Source of the DNA: Simkaniaceae bacterium
GTDB lineage: Bacteria; Chlamydiota; Chlamydiia; Chlamydiales; JAJFMI01
Direction of reading: 5' to 3'
Assembly: GCA_040880145.1 (NCBI GenBank)
Contig: JBBDIZ010000027.1
Coordinates: 17,069-81,068, forward strand
DNA length: 64,000 nucleotides
The translations under genes and the position numbers were made by a program. Every line of letters begins with the position of its first letter. Positions within the stretch are counted from its first letter, which is position 1. Shown here piece after piece: positions 1 through 11,721 of this stretch. A model generated the notes under the pieces. The model made no database searches and was not told the origin of the DNA. It saw only the letters and a list, made by a program, of their open reading frames with translations.

Positions 1-7
1 TAATCAA

Positions 8-970
8 TCAGTCAGAAAACTTATCATTGTGAATAAAGAGCTTATCTTCATCCATAACAGGTAGTAAATGTTTATCTTCTCGTTCAATTAATACCCAATC
101 AGGCGGATAGATATCGGGTAATTGCCCCGGCCGAAACCGATAAGGAGAGGGCGCCACAACTATTTTCTCCGGATTTGTATTTAAATAGGCCGCCCACCAG
201 CCGAAAGTAGAGTTTCCAATAATATTATGATCACAAAGCGTAAGAAGGTAAAAATCATTCACCACACTATCCGAGACAAAAACAATCCGTTTTTCAATCC
301 CCTTTAACATCCGCTTGGTCCACTCCAAGTTATCCGTACAAATAACAAATAAAGCCTCATCAGGAAAATGATCCATAGCCTTCTTGATAAAATCAGGGTC
401 AGGAGGAAGAAGTTTTGAATAAAATATTTTACAATGAGCACGCCCTTTAAAAAGGTTATCTCTTGGATGTAAATAAGTCCGAATATGAACGCCTACCTTT
501 ATCGGTTCTTGAAAAATGGAAGTATATTTTTGATTCAAATAAGATTTGATTTTATCACTTGGAGCAAAGAGCTCCAAAAGCTTTTCTCTATGGTGATCGA
601 AGTACTTGTAGGAAAGAAAAAATCCATGTATAATTAAATTATCTTGATAGTTTATCGGAACATAAAGAGCTGTTTTGTTGTAAGCCATTTCATGATTCCA
701 TGAACTTCGCTTTCCATCTGGAAGCGTTCTTTTTGGAAATCTCCAAAAGACCTCTGGATATTGATTTCCGGTTTTTAAAGGCAGAATATATTGAGCATCA
801 TGGTCTAAAGCGCAACTTAAACCAGCGGAAGCTTGAAAAAGTTGATTGCCCAGCTGTCCTCTCGGATGATGACTTACAAATGGCTTTTCAGAATCAAAAA
901 GCTCCGATCCCTCGCAAAAAGTTAAGAAACATATAAAAACACTAATAAATAATTTTTCGATTTTCTTCAA
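8..970 (-). CDS. Alpha-1,2-fucosyltransferase (GT11 family) with N-terminal hydrophobic leader
   Basis: GT11 motifs GQLGNQLFQ, GVHIR, DFYLLTLCDHNIIGNSTFGWWAAYL. Confidence 0.88.
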   Translation of the reverse strand: MKKIEKLFISVFICFLTFCEGSELFDSEKPFVSHHPRGQLGNQLFQASAGLSCALDHDAQYILPLKTGNQYPEVFWRFPKRTLPDGKRSSWNHEMAYNKTALYVPINYQDNLIIHGFFLSYKYFDHHREKLLELFAPSDKIKSYLNQKYTSIFQEPIKVGVHIRTYLHPRDNLFKGRAHCKIFYSKLLPPDPDFIKKAMDHFPDEALFVICTDNLEWTKRMLKGIEKRIVFVSDSVVNDFYLLTLCDHNIIGNSTFGWWAAYLNTNPEKIVVAPSPYRFRPGQLPDIYPPDWVLIEREDKHLLPVMDEDKLFIHNDKFSD

Positions 971-983
971 AACATCCCTCTAA

Positions 984-1886
984 TTAAAAATCAACTCGAA
1001 TCGGCAACTGTTGATTGATTTTAGATCCTTCCATCTCTTTCAAAACCTTGAGTCGATTTCGTTTTTTAATAATCCCTTCTTTGCAAGGACTTACTCGAAA
1101 AGCATCTCTCCAGAGCGTTAGAGTGTTACTCGGAACATCCATAAAGGGTTCATAAAGATCTTTCCGAACCAGAAAAAGATTATTCGTCATACAAATTGGT
1201 TCATATCCCATTTTTCTAGCCTCATCGATCGCAACCTGAACGGGCTGATGGATATTTCTAATTGCGATATCTTCAGGAACTTCTTTAGCAAAAAGAGGAT
1301 GCCAAAGGAGACCACATTCAATACAGATAACCTTAGGGCGACACTCTAGACTTTTCAAAATATAAAAATCCGCACCATCAATATCTATGGATAAAAAATC
1401 AATTTCTATATCTGGAAAATGCTCTTTTCGAATTTGATCAAATAACATCCCTCTTTGGTCTTCTTGATTCCACGTAATAAATTGATTCAGGCACAAAACA
1501 TTTTCATCTGACTGATAATTTTTTCTTAATTTTTTGAACGCCTTCTTGCTTGATTCAATGAAACACCCCTTCCACCCCTTTTCAATGAGCCGTCTTATAT
1601 TAGAAAGCCAAACTCCATCAGCCCCCCCAAATTCAACACAATACCCTTCTGAAATATTCAGACGATTAAAAATTTCTTCAATAATCCCATCTTCTCCAAA
1701 CTGCGAATATTGACAATACCCATATCGATTCAAACTTTTTGGAGACAACCGATGACAATTATTTTTCAAAGCCTCATCAGTTCCCTCTTTCCATTCAAGT
1801 GCAGAAGCAGTTGAAGTGAGAAAAAAAACAGATAATATAAAAAATATTTTTATTTTCACAAGTGACTCCATTAAATATTTGAGCAA
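984..1886 (-). CDS. FkbM-like SAM-dependent methyltransferase with signal peptide
   Basis: YSQFGEDGII, VEFGGADG, DFLSIDIDG motifs; hydrophobic N-terminus ending ASA. Confidence 0.75.
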   Translation of the reverse strand: MLKYLMESLVKIKIFFILSVFFLTSTASALEWKEGTDEALKNNCHRLSPKSLNRYGYCQYSQFGEDGIIEEIFNRLNISEGYCVEFGGADGVWLSNIRRLIEKGWKGCFIESSKKAFKKLRKNYQSDENVLCLNQFITWNQEDQRGMLFDQIRKEHFPDIEIDFLSIDIDGADFYILKSLECRPKVICIECGLLWHPLFAKEVPEDIAIRNIHQPVQVAIDEARKMGYEPICMTNNLFLVRKDLYEPFMDVPSNTLTLWRDAFRVSPCKEGIIKKRNRLKVLKEMEGSKINQQLPIRVDF

Positions 1887-2020
1887 AGTTTTGTCTATTT
1901 ACCCAAAACAGTCAATCAAAAAAATATTTTTTATAATAAGGGCGAAACAGCCAATCGACAGCACGGCAAGAGACCTTCTCGCTCCCGCCTAATCCAGTTA
2001 TTAATGTGCGTAATTTGTGG

Positions 2021-2055
2021 CTTTAAGAAAGGGAAGAGAGACTCTCTCTTCCCTT
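2021..2055 (-). terminator. Intrinsic terminator after gapA-grgA
   Basis: 12-bp inverted repeat AAGGGAAGAGAG (2029-2040) / CTCTCTTCCCTT (2044-2055), with a T-rich tail on the minus strand. Confidence 0.7.
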
Positions 2056-2084
2056 AGAATTTCTATAATACCGAAAAATGGACA

Positions 2085-2846
2085 CTAAAAGACGTCGTCG
2101 TCTTTGTCAGCTGCCTCTTCCGGAGCCATTACAAGCCGTGGAGGGATAAGGGGTTCCGGGGCCTTTTCCTGAAAGGGAGGAAGCAGGGGTTGGTTCTTCT
2201 CTCTCTCCTCTGATAGCTCTTCAGGCGGCAATTCAATTGACTTTGATGGCGGCGGAATCAAAACAGGCTCATTCTCTCCTATTTGGTCGGAAAGAAAATC
2301 TCTTTGAGGAATTTCTTCAGCCGGCTCTTTTTTAACCCTTTCTGAGATGAGTTTATCTGGAGGGGGGAGTAAAGTGGCCACCCTAGAAGATGAAACGCGA
2401 GTTTCATCTTCTAGGCCACCTCCTTCCCCTACTCTATTGACCTCTTCTTCTCCATCTTTACTCTCATCCGGCATGGTTGAGGTCGGCTTTCTGCGTCTTG
2501 TCCGGCGCTTCTCCCGCTTCTCTTTTAAGGGAGCTTTTTCCTCTACCTCTTTAGGTGTCTTTGGCGCCTCCCTCCCACCTGCAATTTTTACAGATTTTTC
2601 AATGGCAACATTTTTAAGCACTACTTTGCTCTCTTTCGTCTCAATAACTTCAAAATCTGTTATCGGTAAAAGAAAAGCCTTTGGTCTCTCTAACGATCTA
2701 AAAAAAAGGGCGCTCCCAAAAGAAACAATTTCAAGAGCATCAACCGAATACTCCTCCTTTGCCCCTATTGAATTGCGGACCAATAATTTATACCCCTCTT
2801 TCGGCGTAATAATCGTTTCTATAATTGGTTCTCGTGTGAAATTCAC
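2085..2846 (-). CDS. grgA: Chlamydial transcription factor GrgA (CT504 homolog)
   Basis: N-terminus FTREPIIETIITPKEGYKLLVRNS matches GrgA; adjacent to gapA as in Chlamydia. Confidence 0.88.
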   Translation of the reverse strand: MNFTREPIIETIITPKEGYKLLVRNSIGAKEEYSVDALEIVSFGSALFFRSLERPKAFLLPITDFEVIETKESKVVLKNVAIEKSVKIAGGREAPKTPKEVEEKAPLKEKREKRRTRRRKPTSTMPDESKDGEEEVNRVGEGGGLEDETRVSSSRVATLLPPPDKLISERVKKEPAEEIPQRDFLSDQIGENEPVLIPPPSKSIELPPEELSEEREKNQPLLPPFQEKAPEPLIPPRLVMAPEEAADKDDDVF

Positions 2847-2864
2847 TGAATATCCTTTTTTCGT

Positions 2865-3920
<1,056 letters not shown>

Positions 3921-3926
3921 CTACTG

Positions 3927-3955
3927 AATATGAGAAAAAGGGAAATTCCTGGCAA
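3927..3955 (-). promoter_or_regulatory. Sigma66 (sigma70-type) promoter for gapA
   Basis: TTGCCA-17 nt-CATATT on the minus strand. Confidence 0.55.
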
Positions 3956-3980
3956 TCTTTTTTCAAAATAAAAATAAAGA

Positions 3981-4010
3981 AGAAAAAGAGAGCCGTATAC
4001 GACTCTCTTT
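3981..4010 (-). terminator. Intrinsic terminator of the rpsM-rplQ operon
   Basis: Minus strand AAAGAGAGTCG-TATA-CGGCTCTCTTT followed by a T-rich run. Confidence 0.7.
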
Positions 4011-4022
4011 AATAACAAAATC

Positions 4023-4445
4023 CTAGACAAACTCCAGAAGGCACTTTTCTGCATTATCGCCAATACGTGTATCAAGACGTATTATCCGAGTGTATCCACC
4101 TTGACGCTCCTTATATCGGGGCGCAATTTTATCGAATAACTCTGTAATAACTAGACGATCCCCATTATAGGAAGTCTTGTCGCCTCCCTTTACCGCTCTC
4201 TTCTCTTTTGGAGTTAAGGCGTTTTGGGTAATCATTAGCGCAGCAATTGCCCGACGTCTACTTGCTAAGTCTCCCTTTTTTCCAAGAGTCACCATTCGAT
4301 CTGCGTAACGCTTCAAATGCTTGGCCTTTGCAACAGTTGTCTCAATACGGCCATGTTCAATAAGCGCCTTTAGCATGTTCGCCACCATGCATCGGCGGTG
4401 GGAAGATGTTCGTCCTAATTTGAAAGTTAGCTTTCCATGTCTCAT
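4023..4445 (-). CDS. rplQ: 50S ribosomal protein L17
   Basis: KLGRTSSHRR, RQGGYTRIIR. Confidence 0.98.
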   Translation of the reverse strand: MRHGKLTFKLGRTSSHRRCMVANMLKALIEHGRIETTVAKAKHLKRYADRMVTLGKKGDLASRRRAIAALMITQNALTPKEKRAVKGGDKTSYNGDRLVITELFDKIAPRYKERQGGYTRIIRLDTRIGDNAEKCLLEFV

Positions 4446-5539
4446 ATCTCTTTCCCTGCTCTTTCCTCTAAATATTTATCAACTATTTCTTTAACATTGT
4501 CCTTGTTGATTCCATAACGGCTCAAATCCATCCCAAGTCCAAGATTTAATTCATCAAGTTTAGCACGAATCTCATTTAAGGATTTCTTGCCAAAGTTTCT
4601 AAATTTCAACATATCGGTCTCCGGCATAATCACAAGTTCTGCAATCGTATTGATGTTAGCTTGTGATAAGCAGTTAGTCGATCGTACAGAAAGCTCAATC
4701 TCGTCAATTCTAAGAGCAAGTTTTGCTAGAAGCTGATCGCGATCGGAGTTTTCTTCCTCTACTTCATGTTCAAAGGAGATCCGCTGAAATTGATCAGAAT
4801 CAAAGCATTGAAAATGCAGTACGCCAAGTTGCGTTGCAAAAGTTAATGCCTCCTGAGGAGTAATTCGACCATCTGTTCGAATTTCAAAAACAAGACGATC
4901 AAAGTCTGTATCTTGACCAACGCGAGTATTCTCAACAAAGTAATTCACAAGCTTAACAGGAGAAAAAATCGAGTCGATCACAATTTCATCTACAACTTTA
5001 TTCGGTATATCTTGCCGCTCTGATGGCAAATAACCTCTTCCCTGAGAAATACGTAAATCAATACGTTTCTTCATGGGTTTCGTTACCGTAAAGATTTTAT
5101 GATCTGAATTCACGACTTCAAATTCGCTCTCTTTCATCACTTCACCGAAAGTCACAATATGTTGTCCGGAACCTTTCTGGATCATTTCCTCCGTAACATC
5201 GAGATGGAAAATGTAGTGTTTTGGAGCTCTTGATGAACCCTTTTCCTGTACAGGCTTGAGTCGAAGTAGACCTCCCTTAAAATTGAGAACGACATGAGTC
5301 ATATCCTCAATAATTCCCTCCACAGCCATATACTCATGAGGGACTCCCTCAATTTTTATCGAGCAAATCGCATAGGCTTCGAGAGATGTTAAGAGAATTC
5401 TTCTAAGGGCATTTCCTATGGTATGTCCATAACCACGCTCGAAGGGCTCAGCAATAAATGTCGCAAGAGTCTCCGAATTATCCTTCTTTTCAACCTTAAT
5501 CTTTGCTGGCAATTCAAACTTGCCATACTTGACTGTCAT
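4442..5539 (-). CDS. rpoA: RNA polymerase alpha subunit
   Basis: EPFERGYGHTIGNALRR, ELSVRSTNCL, NFGKKSLNEI. Confidence 0.98.
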   Translation of the reverse strand: MTVKYGKFELPAKIKVEKKDNSETLATFIAEPFERGYGHTIGNALRRILLTSLEAYAICSIKIEGVPHEYMAVEGIIEDMTHVVLNFKGGLLRLKPVQEKGSSRAPKHYIFHLDVTEEMIQKGSGQHIVTFGEVMKESEFEVVNSDHKIFTVTKPMKKRIDLRISQGRGYLPSERQDIPNKVVDEIVIDSIFSPVKLVNYFVENTRVGQDTDFDRLVFEIRTDGRITPQEALTFATQLGVLHFQCFDSDQFQRISFEHEVEEENSDRDQLLAKLALRIDEIELSVRSTNCLSQANINTIAELVIMPETDMLKFRNFGKKSLNEIRAKLDELNLGLGMDLSRYGINKDNVKEIVDKYLEERAGKEI

Positions 5540-5567
5540 AAACTTGTCTCCCTAAAAGAATATTTAA

Positions 5568-5966
5568 TTAGCATCTTCGGCGCTTTCTTGGTCTGCATCC
5601 GTTATGTGGAACGGGTGTCTTATCACGAATGAGATTGATATTCAGTCCGGCACTTTGCAGTCCCTTTACAGCTGATTCGCGTCCAGCTCCAGGGCCTTTT
5701 AGGTGAACTTCTACTTCCTTCAATCCATACTGCATTGCACTCTTAGCCGCATCTTGAGCCGCAATAGAAGCTGCAAAAGCTGATGATTTTCGAGAGCCGG
5801 AGAATTTTGCCTTCCCGGCTGACGCCCATGATAAAACATTCCCAAGGGGATCTGTAATCGTTACGATCGTGTTATTGAAAGTCGCTCGTACGTGTGCCAC
5901 ACCACTTGGAACTGATTTTGATTGCTTTTTTCTTGTACGCGTTGTGCGTTTTTCTTGCTTAGCCAA
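5568..5966 (-). CDS. rpsK: 30S ribosomal protein S11
   Basis: [19 protein letters not shown]. Confidence 0.98.
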   Translation of the reverse strand: MAKQEKRTTRTRKKQSKSVPSGVAHVRATFNNTIVTITDPLGNVLSWASAGKAKFSGSRKSSAFAASIAAQDAAKSAMQYGLKEVEVHLKGPGAGRESAVKGLQSAGLNINLIRDKTPVPHNGCRPRKRRRC

Positions 5967-5983
5967 AGCTCATACTCCTTGAA

Positions 5984-6358
5984 TTAACTGGCCTTTTTCT
6001 TGCCAGCGACAGTTTTCTTCTTTCCTTTTCGAGTGCGCGCGTTGCATCGAGTCCTTTGGCCACGAACAGGGAGCTTGCTACTGTGACGTTGACCCCGATA
6101 ACATTTGATACTTTTTAATCGATCAATGTTTCCTCGTATTTCTCGACGCTTATCCCCTTCAACAACATACTCAGATTGAAGCATCTCATTAAGTTTAGAA
6201 ATCTGCTCCTCTGTCAACTCCTTAGCATGAATGTCAGGATTAAGCCCTAGCTTATCTGTAATTTCTACAGCGATCTTACGTCCAACTCCGTAAATATAAG
6301 TCAAACTAATGACAAGTCTTTTTTTGTCTGGAATATCTATTCCTATCACTCTTGGCAT
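5984..6358 (-). CDS. rpsM: 30S ribosomal protein S13
   Basis: LTYIYGVG, LPVRGQRT. Confidence 0.98.
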   Translation of the reverse strand: MPRVIGIDIPDKKRLVISLTYIYGVGRKIAVEITDKLGLNPDIHAKELTEEQISKLNEMLQSEYVVEGDKRREIRGNIDRLKSIKCYRGQRHSSKLPVRGQRTRCNARTRKGKKKTVAGKKKAS

Positions 6359-6394
6359 TGTAAAATTCCTTAAAAATATAAATTCTCGTTTAGC

Positions 6395-6423
6395 AGTATA
6401 TCATCTTACTTGTTTGAAATCAA
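6395..6423 (-). promoter_or_regulatory. Sigma66 promoter for rpsM-rpsK-rpoA-rplQ
   Basis: TTGATT-17 nt-TATACT on the minus strand in the secY-rpsM gap. Confidence 0.6.
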
Positions 6424-6425
6424 GC

Positions 6426-7805
6426 TTAACGAAGGAGGGCTCTTTTGGTCTTGCCTTTCTTCATAAAGCCGTCATAACGTTTCATCATAAGATGAGATTC
6501 TATCTGTTTTGTAGTATCAATAACGACCCCAACTAAAATTAAAAGAGAGGTCCCTCCAAAAAAATAACTTATAGAAGCATCTATCCCTAAAAGTCGCCCG
6601 ATCAACGTTGGAAGAACAGCAATTAGAGCTAGAAAAAGGGCTCCAACAAGTGTAATACGGTTCATCGTAGCTTCCAAAAATTCCTGGGTTGGCTTTCCTT
6701 GCCGAATGCCCGGAATGAATGCTCCATTTTTTTTCATGTCACTTGCAATTTGCTCAGGATGAAACTGCGTCGATGTCCAGAAGTAGGTGAAAAATATGAT
6801 AAGAGAGACATAAACTAGTGTGTAAACCCAATTTCCGGGCGACAACATTTCAGCAACACGTCCCAATGCATTCCCTCGTCCCAAAAATTGGGCTAGCGTA
6901 GCTGGAAACATCAATAATGCACTTGCAAATATGACTGGAATGACTCCCGCATAATTGACTTTTAAAGGAATATGGGCCGACCCTCCTTGTACCTCATGCC
7001 TTCCAACCACTCGACGTGCATATTGCAAAGGAATTTTTCGAACCCCTTGAATAATCAATATGGTTCCAACAACAATGGTAACAAAAACGCCCGAGAGTAC
7101 CACAAGTGATGAAAAGGTTAATTGTCCGGCTTCTTGGGAATCTAAATTTAATCCTCGAATAATGCTTCCAAGAGTTCTTGGAAGAGCTGAAATAATTCCG
7201 AGCATAATAATCAAAGAAATCCCATTCCCTATTCCCTTTTCTGTAATCTGTTCACCGATCCACATCAAACATAGGGTGCCGGCTGTCATGGTCATCATCA
7301 CAACGGCATAAAACATCCATGGGAAGCCAAAAAAAGTGACGTCCAGAAGCTCTGGAAGTATAATTCCGGGATGGGTGTTATTTAAACCCAACGCATAACG
7401 GGCATAAACGGCCGACTGGAAAAGGGCAAGCCCAAGAGTAATGATACGAATCATTTTGCCCATTTTCTTTTTTGCCATCTCTCCATTCTCACGCATCTCT
7501 CTTTGCATCGAGGGACTAATCGCCATGAGAACCTGTGTGATAATCGATGCGGAGATATAGGGCATAATCCCAAGGGCAATAATAGTCATTTGAGCAAAGG
7601 CTCCGCCTGAAAAAATATCAACAAGTTGGAAAAGGTTTTGCCCCCCTCCAATAGATTGCTTAAAAATTTTCACCACTTCTTCACCGTTAATGCCCGGAAC
7701 AGGAACATAGGTTCCAATTCGACAGATCAGCAACATCAGAAGTGTAAAGCGAATTTTTTCCTTCAGCTCAGGAATGGCAACTATATTCCGCAACGATTGT
7801 ATCAT
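6426..7805 (-). CDS. secY: Preprotein translocase SecY
   Basis: [31 protein letters not shown]. Confidence 0.98.
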   Translation of the reverse strand: MIQSLRNIVAIPELKEKIRFTLLMLLICRIGTYVPVPGINGEEVVKIFKQSIGGGQNLFQLVDIFSGGAFAQMTIIALGIMPYISASIITQVLMAISPSMQREMRENGEMAKKKMGKMIRIITLGLALFQSAVYARYALGLNNTHPGIILPELLDVTFFGFPWMFYAVVMMTMTAGTLCLMWIGEQITEKGIGNGISLIIMLGIISALPRTLGSIIRGLNLDSQEAGQLTFSSLVVLSGVFVTIVVGTILIIQGVRKIPLQYARRVVGRHEVQGGSAHIPLKVNYAGVIPVIFASALLMFPATLAQFLGRGNALGRVAEMLSPGNWVYTLVYVSLIIFFTYFWTSTQFHPEQIASDMKKNGAFIPGIRQGKPTQEFLEATMNRITLVGALFLALIAVLPTLIGRLLGIDASISYFFGGTSLLILVGVVIDTTKQIESHLMMKRYDGFMKKGKTKRALLR

Positions 7806-7817
7806 TTGGTCCTCAAA

Positions 7818-8267
7818 TTAGAGCGTTTTAAATTCGATCGAAGATCCTTCAAGCTTCTTGATAGCTCCGGCAGTAAAGTGGTCAGCTTCAATGACAACTT
7901 TCTTCTTAAGCTCTCCATTGGCTAAAATTCTAAGCCCTCCTAAAACAACTCTAGGAGCAATTCCCTTTTCTTGAAGAGTAAGAAGGTTCACTTTCTCACC
8001 GTCTTCGAACAGTTCTTCTATCCGATCTAAAGTGATAGCAAAACTTGTCTTTTTAAAGCGACCATTTGTGAATCCGCGAGTCGGAATTTTTTTGAAAAGC
8101 GGGACTTGCCCCCCTTCCTTACCATAACGTCTCTTGTATCCAGAGCGTGATTTATCGCCCTTGACTCCACGACCACATGTCTTTCCTTTCTTACATCCAG
8201 GACCACGCCCTACTCGTTTATAAGACTTCTTAGCGCCCTTGACATTTCTTAAATTCGATAGATCCAT
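7818..8267 (-). CDS. rplO: 50S ribosomal protein L15
   Basis: RVGRGPG, EGGQVPL; operon position. Confidence 0.97.
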   Translation of the reverse strand: MDLSNLRNVKGAKKSYKRVGRGPGCKKGKTCGRGVKGDKSRSGYKRRYGKEGGQVPLFKKIPTRGFTNGRFKKTSFAITLDRIEELFEDGEKVNLLTLQEKGIAPRVVLGGLRILANGELKKKVVIEADHFTAGAIKKLEGSSIEFKTL

Positions 8268-8271
8268 ATTG

Positions 8272-8775
8272 TTATACTCCTCTTGCCGCTAAAATCTCTT
8301 CTCTATTTTTAAGCTGGCACAAACCTTTTACAGTTGCGCGTACAAGGTTAATTGGATTGTTTGAGCCTAAACTTTTGGCTACAACATCCTTAACCCCTCC
8401 AAGCTCAAGAACAGAACGTACTTTAGAGCCTGCAATGACTCCTGTACCTTCAGCTGCAGGCTTAAGAAGAACCTTAGCTCCATCCCACTCAATTAGAATA
8501 TCGTGAGGAATTGTCGTTCCTTCCATTGCAAATTCAACGACATTTTTTTTAGCAAGTTGGCTTCCTTTTTTGATCGCATCAGAAACTTCATTCGCTTTAG
8601 CGAAACCCACTCCGACTCGACCCTTCTTGTCCCCGACGAGAATAAGAGCTGAAAAGCTAAACTTTCGTCCTCCTTTGACCACCTTTGAACAGCGATTGAT
8701 AAAAAGGACTTTCTCCTCAAATTCACTTTCAGCCTGTTCGTTTTTCCTGACACCTCTTTTTGCTGCCATGATCAA
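8272..8775 (-). CDS. rpsE: 30S ribosomal protein S5
   Basis: [21 protein letters not shown]. Confidence 0.98.
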   Translation of the reverse strand: MIMAAKRGVRKNEQAESEFEEKVLFINRCSKVVKGGRKFSFSALILVGDKKGRVGVGFAKANEVSDAIKKGSQLAKKNVVEFAMEGTTIPHDILIEWDGAKVLLKPAAEGTGVIAGSKVRSVLELGGVKDVVAKSLGSNNPINLVRATVKGLCQLKNREEILAARGV

Positions 8776-8782
8776 TTATCCT

Positions 8783-9154
8783 TTAAAATTTTAGCCCAGC
8801 GCTTCGAGCTCCTTCAGCAAGCTCAGCGATGATCCCATGATATTTATAGGGTCCGCGATCGAAAACTACGAACTCAATTTGCTTTTCAATGGCAAGTTTT
8901 GCCAATTTTTCACCGATTGCTCTCGCACTTGTCTTCGTTTTTTTTCCCTGCTCAGTGTTTTTAATATCCTTGCAGAGGGTCCCATAGCTAACGAGTGTTT
9001 TTTGCTCTTCATCATCAATGATTTGAGCAGAAATATTACAATTTGTTCGATATACAGATAGTCGAGGTCTTATTGAAGTTCCTCTTACATGTTTTCGAAC
9101 GCGCATTTTGCGTTTTTTTCTGACATTAGTTGTCTTTGAACTCTGATTATACAT
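8783..9154 (-). CDS. rplR: 50S ribosomal protein L18
   Basis: RPRLSVYRT, VVFDRGPYKYHG. Confidence 0.97.
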   Translation of the reverse strand: MYNQSSKTTNVRKKRKMRVRKHVRGTSIRPRLSVYRTNCNISAQIIDDEEQKTLVSYGTLCKDIKNTEQGKKTKTSARAIGEKLAKLAIEKQIEFVVFDRGPYKYHGIIAELAEGARSAGLKF

Positions 9155-9156
9155 AA

Positions 9157-9696
9157 TTACTTACCTTTTGCCGCCTTACCAGCTTTCTTACGAACGTACT
9201 CATCTTTATAGCGAACTCCTTTTCCTTTATAGGGCTCAGGAGGTCTGAGTGCTCGCACAGTAGCTGCAAATTGACCTACTTTTTGCTTATCGATACCGCT
9301 AATTATGATGCTTGTATTCTTTTCAACCTTGACATCGAGATCCCTAGGGATCTCAATTACATTAGAATGAGAGAATCCAAGTTGAAGATCCAAAACCTGC
9401 CCCTTAATTTGAGCTCTAAAACCGACACCAATTAAGGTCAATTCCTTAGAAAACTCAGATGAAACACCAAGAATCGCATTATTAATCAACGAGCGATAAA
9501 GTCCATGCATGGGGCCCTTAAGAAGCTTATTATCGATTGAGACCAAAACCCGCCCTTCTTCAACAGCGAGTATCACTCCTTCCGGCACTGGAATATTCAG
9601 TGTCCCCTTTGGGCCTTTGACATTGACTTGTTTGTTATCAAGTTTTACTTCTACGCCTTTGGGTAATTCAATGGGAGCATTTCCTAAACGTGACAT
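9157..9696 (-). CDS. rplF: 50S ribosomal protein L6
   Basis: RPPEPYKGKGVRY. Confidence 0.98.
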   Translation of the reverse strand: MSRLGNAPIELPKGVEVKLDNKQVNVKGPKGTLNIPVPEGVILAVEEGRVLVSIDNKLLKGPMHGLYRSLINNAILGVSSEFSKELTLIGVGFRAQIKGQVLDLQLGFSHSNVIEIPRDLDVKVEKNTSIIISGIDKQKVGQFAATVRALRPPEPYKGKGVRYKDEYVRKKAGKAAKGK

Positions 9697-9714
9697 AATT
9701 TCTTTTCTCCTAAC

Positions 9715-10107
9715 TTACCAAACGAGGCATAGCAATTCGCCGCCGACTCGTTCTTTCTTCGCAGTTTTACCAGAAAGCACCCCTTTAGAAGTGGACACAA
9801 TCGCTGTGCCCATACCACCTAAGACTCGTGGAATCTCTTGATTTGGGATATATTTTCTGACGCTTGGTTTTGAAACACGTTTTAAGTCGTGAATCACCGA
9901 CTCTCTGTTTTTATTGTACTTCAAAAAAATCCGAATCACTCGTTTCTCTTCATTAACTAGAAAATGAGTAATAAAACCCTCTTCTCCTAGAATTTTCGTA
10001 ATAGCGAGTTTCATCTTGCTAAAGTGAACTTCAACATAACGATGCTTGGCTCTTTTTGCATTGCGGATTCTTGTTAAATAGTCTGCAATTGGATCGCTTA
10101 GTGTCAT
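9715..10107 (-). CDS. rpsH: 30S ribosomal protein S8
   Basis: DPIADYLTRIRNA, VGGELLC. Confidence 0.98.
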   Translation of the reverse strand: MTLSDPIADYLTRIRNAKRAKHRYVEVHFSKMKLAITKILGEEGFITHFLVNEEKRVIRIFLKYNKNRESVIHDLKRVSKPSVRKYIPNQEIPRVLGGMGTAIVSTSKGVLSGKTAKKERVGGELLCLVW

Positions 10108-10122
10108 CTCATAAACTCCATC

Positions 10123-10671
10123 TTATTTTCCTCTTTTATAGGGCATTCCGAGACCCTTTAATAGTGCATGACACTCTTCGTCATTTCTTGCAGATGTTAC
10201 AAAAGTAATGTTCATGCCTTGAGTTTTAACGACATCGTCTAAATTTAATTCAGGAAACATCTGTTGATCATTGATCCCCAGTGTGTAACTGCCCTGTCCG
10301 TCTCCTTTCGTGTTAAAACCACGAAAATCTCGAATGCGCGGGCTCACTATGTTCGTAAATCTGTCGAAAAAATCATACATGCGCTTGCCTCGAAGCGTCA
10401 CTTTGTACCCAACTGTCTGCCCTTCTCTTAACTTAAAGTTAGAGATTGATTTTTTCGCCTTTGTTTCAATAGGCATTTGCCCAGAAAGAAGCGTGAGCTC
10501 CTTCTTGACTTGCTGCAGTGCATTTTTATCCTTGGAAGCTTCTGCAAGCCCCATGGAAATAATGATCTTCTTTAACTCAGGAATCAGCATCGGATTAGCA
10601 AATTTAAATTGCTCAAGCAAACTCTTTTTGACTTCATCCTGGTAGCGTTTTTTTAATCGAGATTGTTCCAT
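10123..10671 (-). CDS. rplE: 50S ribosomal protein L5
   Basis: [19 protein letters not shown]. Confidence 0.98.
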   Translation of the reverse strand: MEQSRLKKRYQDEVKKSLLEQFKFANPMLIPELKKIIISMGLAEASKDKNALQQVKKELTLLSGQMPIETKAKKSISNFKLREGQTVGYKVTLRGKRMYDFFDRFTNIVSPRIRDFRGFNTKGDGQGSYTLGINDQQMFPELNLDDVVKTQGMNITFVTSARNDEECHALLKGLGMPYKRGK

Positions 10672-10682
10672 TATAAACGTAT

Positions 10683-11006
10683 CTATTTAATAATTCTAAA
10701 AGTAACTTCTTTTCCATCGCGAAGAAAGTAAAGTTCCTTTTTACCTTCTCCGTTAACCTTCACCCTAGGGCGAAAGGCCTTTTCATTATCGTCACAAAGA
10801 GAAACATTTGAGATGTGAATAGGCATCTCCATTTCGACAATTTCTGCTTTTGTTTCTTTCTGCTGACGTCGTAAATGCTTTTTTCGAATGTTTATCCCTT
10901 GAACAACAACTCTGGATCCTCGTTTAGCAAGAACGCGACCACTCTTTCCTTTGTCATTCCCAGTAATAATCACAACTTTATCTTCTTTTTTTATCCACTT
11001 CGACAT
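10683..11006 (-). CDS. rplX: 50S ribosomal protein L24
   Basis: KOW motif [19 protein letters not shown]. Confidence 0.97.
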   Translation of the reverse strand: MSKWIKKEDKVVIITGNDKGKSGRVLAKRGSRVVVQGINIRKKHLRRQQKETKAEIVEMEMPIHISNVSLCDDNEKAFRPRVKVNGEGKKELYFLRDGKEVTFRIIK

Positions 11007-11015
11007 AATAATAAC

Positions 11016-11384
11016 CTATATAACCTCAGGAGCGAGTGATGTGATTTTAATGAACCCGCTATCACGAACTTCACGAGCAATAGGACCGAAAATGCGTGTG
11101 CCCTTAGGGTTGAGTTTTTCATCGATGATAACACCGCTGTTATCGTAAAATTTTAACTCAGAACCATCTTTGCGTTTGATTGTACTTTTAGTACGAACAA
11201 CCACAACTTTTACAACATCGCCCTTCTTAACGCTCGCTTTGGGTTCTGAATCCTTTACAGAACAAACAATGACATCCCCAACGCGTGCATAACGTCTTCT
11301 AGAACCTTTAAGGACCTTGATGCATCTCACACGTTTTGCACCGGTGTTGTCTGCTACTTCTAGGTCTGTTTCTTCTTGAATCAT
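11016..11384 (-). CDS. rplN: 50S ribosomal protein L14
   Basis: [15 protein letters not shown]. Confidence 0.98.
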   Translation of the reverse strand: MIQEETDLEVADNTGAKRVRCIKVLKGSRRRYARVGDVIVCSVKDSEPKASVKKGDVVKVVVVRTKSTIKRKDGSELKFYDNSGVIIDEKLNPKGTRIFGPIAREVRDSGFIKITSLAPEVI

Positions 11385-11444
11385 GACTTAAGCTCACTTC
11401 CATAACCCATATCTCTTTACATAAGAGGTGGGTCGATTTTTAAT

Positions 11445-11705
11445 TTATGAATCTTTTTTTAGGTCTTCGACCACTCTCCAGCACTTTGTCTTCGATAGGG
11501 GGCGTGTTTCTCGAATTCGGACGGTATCCCCTACTTCTAACTTTTTCTCACCCTCGTAATGGGCATAATACTTCTTACTTCTCTTCACAACTTTGCCATA
11601 AAGAGGATGAGGCAGCTTTCGCTCGACCTTAACGGTCACTGTTTTATCCATCTTATTGGAGATCACAGTTCCGATTTTTTCAATACGTTGACCTCGGGTA
11701 TCCAT
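11445..11705 (-). CDS. rpsQ: 30S ribosomal protein S17
   Basis: [17 protein letters not shown]; start moved to ATG 11705, which follows an AAGGAG Shine-Dalgarno. Confidence 0.96.
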   Translation of the reverse strand: MDTRGQRIEKIGTVISNKMDKTVTVKVERKLPHPLYGKVVKRSKKYYAHYEGEKKLEVGDTVRIRETRPLSKTKCWRVVEDLKKDS

Positions 11706-11721
11706 TCGTATCTCCTTTTCC

